From positions 14,495 through 78,494 of the forward strand of contig LJUI01000004.1 of assembly GCA_001303705.1 (NCBI GenBank): a DNA stretch of 64,000 nucleotides, given 5' to 3'. A model generated the notes under the pieces. It searched no databases and had not been told where the DNA came from. It saw only the letters and a program-made list of their open reading frames with translations. Made by a program: the position numbers and the translations under genes. Of this stretch, positions 57,286 through 64,000 are shown one piece after another; position 1 is the first letter of the stretch; each line of letters opens with the position of its first letter. The stretch is from a candidate division TA06 bacterium SM23_40 (lineage in GTDB: Bacteria > LJUI01 > SM1-40).

Positions 57286-58839
57286 GTGTTTGCACATAAC
57301 ACAGCGAGGATCGTGTCGGCGGTCCTCTCAGGGGTTCTCCTGGTTGCTGCCTTTCCCCCCTTCTCCTTCAGCGCGCTGGCGTTCGTGGCGCTCGTGCCGC
57401 TTCTCGCTGCCATCGACGGAGTGCGTCCGGCCGCCGGCTTTCGTCTTGGTCTGCTCGCCGGCTTCGTGCTGTCGTTCGGATTGCTGTACTGGGTGAGCTT
57501 CGTGGAGGTGCGTGGGACCGTCTTCCCGCTGCTGCTCACCGGCGTGGTAGTGCTCTGCCTCTACCTCGGGTGCTGGTGGGGGCTCTTCGCCTGGCTGGTG
57601 AGCATCTGTCGCAAGGGAGGATCTGACCTCGGCCTCGTGCTCGCCCCACCTCTCTGGACGACATTCGAGTTCCTCCGAACGCTCACGCGTCTCGGCTTTC
57701 CCTGGGGATCACTCGCCTACACTCAGACCGATGCCGTTCCGTTCGTCCAGTTCGCCTCTTTCACCGGTATCGCGGGGGTGACGCTCTGGATCGTGATCCA
57801 GAATGTACTCGTCTATCGTCTGCTGTTCCGCGACACCGGCGCCCGGCGAGTCTGGACTGGATGCATCATCGCAGCGCTCTTTCTCCTTCCCTGCGTTCAC
57901 GGGCGTACCGTGTTGGGGAGAGTCCAGCCGCCGCGGGAACGCACGGTCATCCTCGTCCAGGCGAACATCGATCCCAACATGAAGTGGGAGGAGGGGTACC
58001 GAGATACGTCGTTCGCTGCGTACGATGCCTTGACACGCGACGCCGTCCGCAGATGGCAGGAGGCGGGTGGGGAGGAGGGCGGGGAGTATCCTCCGCTCGT
58101 AATCTGGGCGGAGACAGCCGTCCCATCGGCGGTGAGGTTCGACGCGAGCGCCCGGTACTTTGTCACAGGGCTCGCGCGCGAGCTCGGGGTCCCGATCCTC
58201 ACGGGAGCGCCGGATTTCCAGTCCGAGAGAGGGAAAGTATCACACTACAATGCAGCCTTCCTCGCTCTTCCGAGCGGGGAGATGGACGGCGAGTACCGGA
58301 AATTGCACCTCCTTCCCTTCGGGGAGATGATCCCATATGACGAGGTCATCCCGATCCTCCGGAGAGTGGACCTGGGGGAAGGCGACTTCTCGCCCGGAGA
58401 TGAGGCGACAGTATTCGAGGAGCCGGGTGGGACATCGTTCGGCGTTCTCATCTGTTTCGAGTCGGTCTTCCCTCGTCTGGTGAGGCGATTCGTGCTCTCG
58501 GGAGCGGAGTTTGTGGTCAACATCACGAACGATGGCTGGTTTGGCAGGAGCGCGGGTCCCTATCAGCATGCATCGATGGCTATCTTCCGCGCCATTGAGT
58601 ACCGTATGGGGCTCGCGCGGTGTGCCAACACCGGGGTATCGATGATCGTCGATCCCTATGGGAGGATCGTGTCGAAGACCCGGATCTTCGAGCGGGCAAT
58701 CGTCATCGATGAGGTCGCACTGAGACAGGGTATGACCTTCTATGCCCGGCATGGGGATCTCCTCGTGCTGGCGGCAGGGGCCGCCAGTCTCCTGCTGTTG
58801 CTCGTGCGGGTCGCGCGGACGAGGTTCACTCGCTCGTGA
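57286..58839 (+). CDS. lnt: Apolipoprotein N-acyltransferase
   Basis: N-terminal multi-TM region. CN-hydrolase domain with E...K...C triad region VLICFESVFP. C-terminal TM helix. GTG start. Confidence 0.85.
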   Translation: MFAHNTARIVSAVLSGVLLVAAFPPFSFSALAFVALVPLLAAIDGVRPAAGFRLGLLAGFVLSFGLLYWVSFVEVRGTVFPLLLTGVVVLCLYLGCWWGLFAWLVSICRKGGSDLGLVLAPPLWTTFEFLRTLTRLGFPWGSLAYTQTDAVPFVQFASFTGIAGVTLWIVIQNVLVYRLLFRDTGARRVWTGCIIAALFLLPCVHGRTVLGRVQPPRERTVILVQANIDPNMKWEEGYRDTSFAAYDALTRDAVRRWQEAGGEEGGEYPPLVIWAETAVPSAVRFDASARYFVTGLARELGVPILTGAPDFQSERGKVSHYNAAFLALPSGEMDGEYRKLHLLPFGEMIPYDEVIPILRRVDLGEGDFSPGDEATVFEEPGGTSFGVLICFESVFPRLVRRFVLSGAEFVVNITNDGWFGRSAGPYQHASMAIFRAIEYRMGLARCANTGVSMIVDPYGRIVSKTRIFERAIVIDEVALRQGMTFYARHGDLLVLAAGAASLLLLLVRVARTRFTRS

Positions 58840-58907
58840 GATGGCGACTCTCGGGGGCGGTCGAAGCTGCTCCCAAAGACCAGTCATCAGGCGGCAGAAG
58901 GTGTACC

Positions 58908-59873
58908 ATGACCATGCTGAGGGTCGTTCCCTACGACAGATCGCGCGACCGCGCCTGGCGGCGATTCCTGGATGAATCGACCAACGGGACGATATTCCAC
59001 GATCTCCGGTTTCTCGCCTATCACCGAGAGCGGGAGTGGTCAGATCACCATCTGCTGTTCTACGATGGGGAAGAGGTTGTTGCTCTCCTCCCCGGTGGCC
59101 TGGTCCCCGGGGAACCGCCGCGTTATGTGTCTCCGTGCGGGGCATCATTCGGTGGATTCGTCGTCCGCGGGCAGCCTCCGGCGCGCCTGGCGACTGCTCT
59201 CGTTCGCACGTTGATCGAGCATGTACGTGGAGAGGGTGCAGGGGCGATCGAGATCAGTCCCTCTCCGCCGGTGTACCAGGCATCGCCGGGGCATGCTATC
59301 GAGTTCGCCCTGTCTGCCGCCGGGTTCCGTAGACAGGTACGGGCCCTTACCCATGTCGTGACTCTTGGCGGCGTAAACAACCTTGGAGAGACGTTCGTGA
59401 GCAGTGCGCGGCGCGCGGCGCGCAGGGCGGGCCGGCTCGGTGTCAAAGTAGAATCGTCAGAGGACTATCGGAAATTCTATGATCTGTTGTGGGCCGATCG
59501 ACAGGCACTCGGTGCGGAGCCGACGCATAGTCTCGAAGATCTCATGCGCTTGCGGGAGCTTGTTCCGGAGGCGCTCCACCTGTTTCTGGCGAAGGCGAAG
59601 CGCGAACTCGTGGGAGGCACCCTGCTGTTCGTCTGCAACAGGCGGGTCGTGCTCAATTTCTATCTCTGCCGCAAGCGTGAACGTCAGGACCTGAGGATGT
59701 CTAACCTGCTCGCCTCCCAGACCATCGACTGGGCGAGCCGGGAAGGTTTTCTCTACTACGACTTCGGCACGTCGACGATCGACATGGAGCCGAACTGGGG
59801 ACTCGTGCGCTTCAAAGAGGGGTTCGGAGCGACCCCCTATCTCAGAGAGCACTGGAAACTCGAGTTGGGGTGA
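58908..59873 (+). CDS. FemAB-like / BioF2-like GNAT-fold acyltransferase (family often linked to exopolysaccharide or peptide-bridge biosynthesis)
   Basis: About 320 aa. Two GNAT-like halves. Motif resemblance to FemAB-related proteins; family-level call only. Confidence 0.5.
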   Translation: MTMLRVVPYDRSRDRAWRRFLDESTNGTIFHDLRFLAYHREREWSDHHLLFYDGEEVVALLPGGLVPGEPPRYVSPCGASFGGFVVRGQPPARLATALVRTLIEHVRGEGAGAIEISPSPPVYQASPGHAIEFALSAAGFRRQVRALTHVVTLGGVNNLGETFVSSARRAARRAGRLGVKVESSEDYRKFYDLLWADRQALGAEPTHSLEDLMRLRELVPEALHLFLAKAKRELVGGTLLFVCNRRVVLNFYLCRKRERQDLRMSNLLASQTIDWASREGFLYYDFGTSTIDMEPNWGLVRFKEGFGATPYLREHWKLELG

Positions 59874-59876
59874 TCT

Positions 59877-60650
59877 GTGAACATCGACGGACATGTCCAC
59901 CTCGGCAGGTGGTCTGATGAACGCTTCTTCGGAGTCGAAGCATCGATCGATGATGTCGAGCGGGCGCTAATCGGAGCCGGGCTCGATGGCGCGGCCGTGA
60001 CCGCTACCGATCTGAGGAGAAATGACTCGGTCCTCTCCTCCCTGGATCGTGCACGCGAGCGGGGATCTGCCTCCGAGGTTCGTGTGCGGTACTGGTTCTT
60101 CCCCTGGGTCGATGTCAATGATGTGGGAATGATGGACTTCGTCGGCCATCACATCGATCGCATCGACGGCCTCAAGTTCCACCCTTCATTCGATCGGACT
60201 CCCGCCACAGACCGGCGCTATCTGCCGTATGTGGAGCTCGCTGCCGAGCACGCTCTCCCCGTTCTGCTGCACTGCGGCCGCTGGCAGGAGATGGCGAGCT
60301 ACAAATTCGGCATAGAGCTCGCTTCCGCCCACCCGGGGGTCGACTTCATCCTCGCCCACATGGGAGGAGACGACCCGCGGTTGCGTATCGCCTGTGTTGA
60401 GGACGTGGCCGCAGGGGATCTGCCGAACGTCTATCTCGACCTTGCAGGGGTGCGCGAGTACTGGTGTCTGGAGCGGGCTCTCGACAGGGTTGGGAGCGAG
60501 CGGCTCATCTTCGGGAGTGACTTCCCGTTGGGACATCCCCGCGTCTACCGTGCGCTCATCGACGTGCTCGATCTCCCTGATGAAGTTGAGGCCGCGGTCA
60601 TGGGCAGGAACCTTCTGGGATTGCTGTCGAAACGCCGCATGAGCGAGTGA
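59877..60650 (+). CDS. Amidohydrolase-2 family TIM-barrel metal-dependent hydrolase
   Basis: N-terminal IDGHVHLG. Later HCG...H.GG...D motif positions consistent with the amidohydrolase fold. GTG start. Confidence 0.65.
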   Translation: MNIDGHVHLGRWSDERFFGVEASIDDVERALIGAGLDGAAVTATDLRRNDSVLSSLDRARERGSASEVRVRYWFFPWVDVNDVGMMDFVGHHIDRIDGLKFHPSFDRTPATDRRYLPYVELAAEHALPVLLHCGRWQEMASYKFGIELASAHPGVDFILAHMGGDDPRLRIACVEDVAAGDLPNVYLDLAGVREYWCLERALDRVGSERLIFGSDFPLGHPRVYRALIDVLDLPDEVEAAVMGRNLLGLLSKRRMSE

Positions 60651-60665
60651 GGGGAGGGCTGTTCT

Positions 60666-62221
60666 ATGAATGTCCTTCCCGTGCGAGCGGGGGGAGGAGC
60701 GGCCGGTTCTCCCGAGGGCCGGCCCCTCTGGCTGAGGATAGTACCTCTCGCCGCCCTTCTCGTCGGTCTGGCGCTCTTGAGGAGCATCTTCCTCACGCAC
60801 GATCCCCCGGCCGAGCTCGTCGAGTGGGGGCTCAACGTCGGCGGATTCCTGTATGATGAGGGATGGTGGACCGCCAATGCGCGCGACCACGCAGTCTTCG
60901 GCGAGTGGCTGAGCGGAGAGTTCGATCCGATCATCATCTCTCCCGTATCTTCGCTCCTGTTCAGAGCGAGCTTTCTCGTGCTCGGGCAGGGGCTGGTTCA
61001 GGCGCGCGTGGTCTCGGTCGTGCTCGGCATGGCGGGCCTCGTGTTGCTCTTCTCGATCCTCAGGCGGACGTCAGGAGAGAAGGCGGCGTTCTGGGGCGTT
61101 CTCCTCGTCGGCCTGTATGTGCCCCTTCTCATCGTTCACCGCACAGCTCTGCTCGAGTCCTCAGCTCTGTTCTTTGGCATCCTCAGCGTCTGGCTCTGGA
61201 TGCGGGGTTCGCCCACCGCCCATGTCGGATCCGGTCTGGCCATGGCCGCTGCCATGTTGACGAAGCCCACGGTGATCGTCGTTGCCATACCGCTCTGTAT
61301 TGCCGCCCTGTGGGTGCCGGCACGCTCGCGACGCAGAGAAGTGCTGAGTATTGTGGGGGGGCTCGTCGCAGGGGGCCTCATCTGGTGGCTTGTATGGGGA
61401 CTGGTGCAGCCGGGAGGTATGGTCCGGATGCTGTCATTCTATACTGGGCCACGTTGGCGGCCGATGAACGGAGGCTCCGCATCCTGGCTCTTCTCTGGCA
61501 GATTGGAGGCGGGTCCCTCCTCTCGCTCTCGGCATACCAGCCGATGCGCTACTTCGTCAAGCTCTCGCCCTCCATTGCTGTGCTGGCAGCGTCCGTCGTC
61601 CTGCCGGCGCGGCGGGATGGGAGGCTGTCCAGGGGTGAATCGTTACTCGCACTGGTCCTGGTAACGGCGGTGGCGAGCCAGGTGGCATACTCGCTTACGT
61701 TCGGCATCGTTCGCCGCTGGCTCGCTCGTCTCGACCTCCCCCAGCGGTCGATCGTCGACCCCGAGCCGTTCAGCCTTACGTCGGCGCTCCTCTCGCTCCC
61801 CGGAAACGGGATCCGTGCCGCGTTTCGGGGGCTGTACGCACAGGACGGTCTGCTGCTCGGGGCAGGGCTAGCCGCTCTCGCTGCCTTGGCGATCGGCCTG
61901 CCCGTCGCGCTCCTCGTCTGGCGGGTGTGGCTCCGGAGGCGCGCGACAGGAAATTCTGGTTGGATCGAGGCCGGCGGCCGACTCTTCCTCGTCCTCGCCC
62001 TTGTGAGCGTGGGCACCGACCTCATGAGATTCGGTTCGTGGGCCTCCTCCAGCAGGGCGACGGTCCGAGCGCTGGGACAGAGTCTCTCCCGGATGCTCCC
62101 TGAAGACGCCGTCATCAGCCCGGGGGCACGTACGCCCTGGGAACAGAACTCCGTTTCGATAACTCGTGCCTGCTCCGTCGTCGCATGTGGTCTCTTGAGC
62201 CTCCGGCGACTCACGTCTTAG
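60666..62221 (+). pseudogene. GT-C-type (PMT/ArnT-like) polytopic membrane glycosyltransferase apparently split by a -1 frameshift near 61430-61480 (ORFs 60666-61664 and 60863-62221 joined)
   Basis: The first ORF is membrane-protein-like up to ~61440 (FLYDEGWWTANARDHAVFGEW loop-1 acidic motif). Its tail is Ser/Arg-rich wrong-frame sequence. The second ORF is wrong-frame-like up to ~61437, then membrane-protein-like to its stop. Combined ~518 aa. Confidence 0.5.
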
Positions 62222-62430
62222 TATTGCTCGTACATCCTCTCGTCGGGAGCCGGACGGCGCAGGAGTTCGTTGCTCGCCATCCGGAAGTACGATTCGTACA
62301 GCGATTTGAGACCTTTGCTGGGCGTGCCGAGCTCGGTCTGTTCGCGATAAGCCGGGACGTGCCCCAATCGGCCGGGAATCGACCCGAACGGGGAACGATT
62401 CCTCTTCGCACGGGAGTTGGAGAAGCAGCG

Positions 62431-63543
62431 ATGAAGATCGTGACGGTCCTCGGGACAGTGTATGAACTCCAGGAGTATGCGTTGTTGGCGGAGGTGCTGG
62501 GCGTTCGTCACGAACTCGTTGTAGTGCTGGCAGGAGACCCGCACGAGCAGGTGGGCGCCCTCGGCACGTTGCCGATCGTGACCCCCGACTATCGGCTCGA
62601 TCCGGGGCGCGGGAGCCCTTCGGATCGGACCGCGAGGGTGCTCGTGGAGATCGAACGGCTCTTCGTAAGGGAGGAGCCCGATCTCGTCATCGTGCCAGGA
62701 GAGACGAGCGCCGCCCTCGCGGGAGCCCTGGCCGCCGCGAAGCTCGTCATACCTGCAGCACACATCGGGGCAGGTGTCCGTTCCTTTGACCGGGCCGCGC
62801 ACGACGAGATCAGCAGAGTGCTCGTCGATCGCATGTGCACCGTCCTCTTCTCGCCGACGGCGCGGGCGGCCTCGAATCTGGGCGGAGAGGGGATCCTCGA
62901 TCACGTCCACCAGGTTGGCGATCTAACCTTCGATCTATTCATCCGTCATCGCACTACGGTCCTCGGGGGCTCATGCTGCGGCGTGCCGAGGGTGGCATCG
63001 CGGTTCGATCTTGTGCCCGGGAACTTCCTCCTCCTCTCGCTCCGGCGCATGCCGGAGATGGGCAGGACGGCACTCAAGGGGATCATAGACGCGGTGCTGT
63101 CGGTCGACGAGAGGATAGTTCTTCCGGTGGGCCGTGAAGAGCGTCAGGTTCTTGCCGAGATCGATCTCCTCGATCGGCTCGAAAGCGCTGCGCATGTGAT
63201 GCTCGTTGACCCTCTCGCGTACGAAGATGTCGTCGCTCTGCAATATGGAGCCCGCATGGTTCTGGCCGACTCCGGGCGGGTGCAGAAGGAGAGCTACTTC
63301 GCCTGCACACCGTGTCTCACGCTCAGCGCGGCGAGCGAGTGGCCGGAGACGATAGAGGACGGCTGGAATCTGATAGTGGGATCCGATACTGGCCGAATCG
63401 TCGATGCCATAGGCAGGTTCAGGCCGGGAGAAGAGCGCGGAAGTCTCTTCGGGGACGGCCGCGCGATCGAGCGTATCGCCGAGCATCTGGAGGAGTGGGG
63501 TAGGTCCCGCCGGGCTCGAGGGTCCTCTGCGAAACGGTCTTGA
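62431..63543 (+). CDS. wecB: UDP-N-acetylglucosamine 2-epimerase (non-hydrolysing)
   Basis: MKIVTVLGT...ADSGRVQKESYF...VGSD family pattern. 370 aa. The ORF-track start 62185 lacks support; ATG 62431 chosen. Confidence 0.8.
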   Translation: MKIVTVLGTVYELQEYALLAEVLGVRHELVVVLAGDPHEQVGALGTLPIVTPDYRLDPGRGSPSDRTARVLVEIERLFVREEPDLVIVPGETSAALAGALAAAKLVIPAAHIGAGVRSFDRAAHDEISRVLVDRMCTVLFSPTARAASNLGGEGILDHVHQVGDLTFDLFIRHRTTVLGGSCCGVPRVASRFDLVPGNFLLLSLRRMPEMGRTALKGIIDAVLSVDERIVLPVGREERQVLAEIDLLDRLESAAHVMLVDPLAYEDVVALQYGARMVLADSGRVQKESYFACTPCLTLSAASEWPETIEDGWNLIVGSDTGRIVDAIGRFRPGEERGSLFGDGRAIERIAEHLEEWGRSRRARGSSAKRS

Positions 63544-63729
63544 CGTCCGGGAGAGCCTCGGCTATCCTGCCGCTGCGGCGAGCGTACACGATGAGAGGCC
63601 GCAACGACCTGTATAGATCGTGGGGTGCGCATCACGGGTGGAAGCGACGGCGGTCCGCATCGTGGTCGGAGTTTCATCTGAGCGCCTGAATGAGCGGCGC
63701 GGATCTGCTCTATTGCAGGTGACCGAACT

Positions 63730-64000
63730 ATGTGGAACGGAAAACGCTTGTTGAAGATCATTATTGCCGTCGCGGTTGTGGCCACGGCGGGCTCGGCACG
63801 TGAGGGTGAGGAGATCTATCGGCTTGCGGAGCGCCTGGCGGGGGAAGGGCGGTACGCGGTGGCCGCAGAGCAGTACCGGGCATTCCTTGCGGCTCACCCC
63901 GAGAGCCCCCGGGCAAAGGATGCGTACTGGGGGATGGCGGTCGCACTCGATTCGCTTGCGAGCCACGCTGAGGCAGCGCAGGCGTACGAAGACTTCGCGA
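63730..64000 (+). CDS. Secreted TPR-repeat protein, 5' partial (runs off the window end)
   Basis: Signal peptide MWNGKRLLKIIIAVAVVATAGSA, then TPR-like helices (YRLAERLAGEGRYAVAAEQYRAFLAAHPESPRA...). Confidence 0.4.
   Translation, partial: MWNGKRLLKIIIAVAVVATAGSAREGEEIYRLAERLAGEGRYAVAAEQYRAFLAAHPESPRAKDAYWGMAVALDSLASHAEAAQAYEDFA

Noticed and set aside
60863-61436. N-terminal ~190 codons of ORF 60863-62221 as an independent protein
   Set aside because: The sequence is Arg/Gly/Ala-rich wrong-frame-like and fully overlaps the membrane-protein frame from 60666. Interpreted as frameshift continuation, not a separate gene.
62218-62910. 230-aa minus-strand ORF opposite wecB
   Set aside because: Antisense to a well-supported UDP-GlcNAc 2-epimerase gene. 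Composition looks wrong-frame.
1-64000. Search for CRISPR arrays, IS elements, integrases or prophage genes, especially next to the tRNAs
   Set aside because: No direct-repeat/spacer periodicity, no transposase or integrase-like ORFs, and no attachment-site-like tRNA 3' duplications were seen. The tRNA-adjacent genes are ordinary housekeeping or envelope genes.

Overview
This is a high-GC (~65%) bacterial chromosomal segment with dense coding, almost all on the + strand. Many adjacent genes share 4-nt start/stop overlaps (GTGA/ATGA/TTGA). I found no transposase, integrase, CRISPR array or obvious prophage. From 5' to 3' the window contains: (i) a housekeeping block mutS2-dnaG-rpoD followed by a tRNA(CAT) with a near-consensus sigma70 promoter; (ii) a Yip1-like membrane protein and a MacA-like efflux adaptor/FtsX-type permease pair; (iii) a signal-transduction pair: a GAF-containing sigma54-dependent activator and a 1200-aa Ser/Thr kinase-STAND ATPase-TPR protein; (iv) a ~20-kb cell-envelope glycosylation supercluster at 15.9-36.2 kb. 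This cluster holds two SDR sugar epimerase/dehydratases, Ugd, two GT4 and five GT2 enzymes (three of them polyprenol-phosphate-sugar-synthase-like, one clearly DPM1/Ppm1-like), three paralogous LPG-synthase-TM/UPF0104 flippase-like membrane proteins, two GT-C-type membrane glycosyltransferases (one PMT/ArnT-like, one YfhO), a SAM methyltransferase, a B12-binding radical SAM enzyme and a WecA-family priming transferase; (v) secreted repeat proteins (beta-propeller, NHL) with FlgD-Ig/T9SS-like C-terminal domains, a sugar aminotransferase/acetyltransferase pair, a TPR lytic transglycosylase and a PorV/FadL-like outer-membrane barrel; (vi) cspA followed by tRNA-Gly(GCC) and tRNA-Cys(GCA); (vii) a minus-strand redox/stress group (GAF-type fRMsr, AhpD-like, thioredoxin-domain YyaL, MTase, SDR); (viii) Kelch-repeat protein, purN, lnt, a FemAB-like acyltransferase, an amidohydrolase, a third GT-C-like membrane protein and wecB. 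Two genes look interrupted by single-nucleotide frameshifts (36.4 kb and 61.4 kb). The most interesting signal is the repeated module polyprenol-P-sugar synthase (GT2) + UPF0104 flippase-like protein + GT-C transferase inside one cluster, together with a B12-radical SAM enzyme, and a duplicated promoter-like motif TTGACT-N17-TAGGTT in front of two parts of that cluster. All calls come from reading the sequence and recalled family motifs; no database search was possible.
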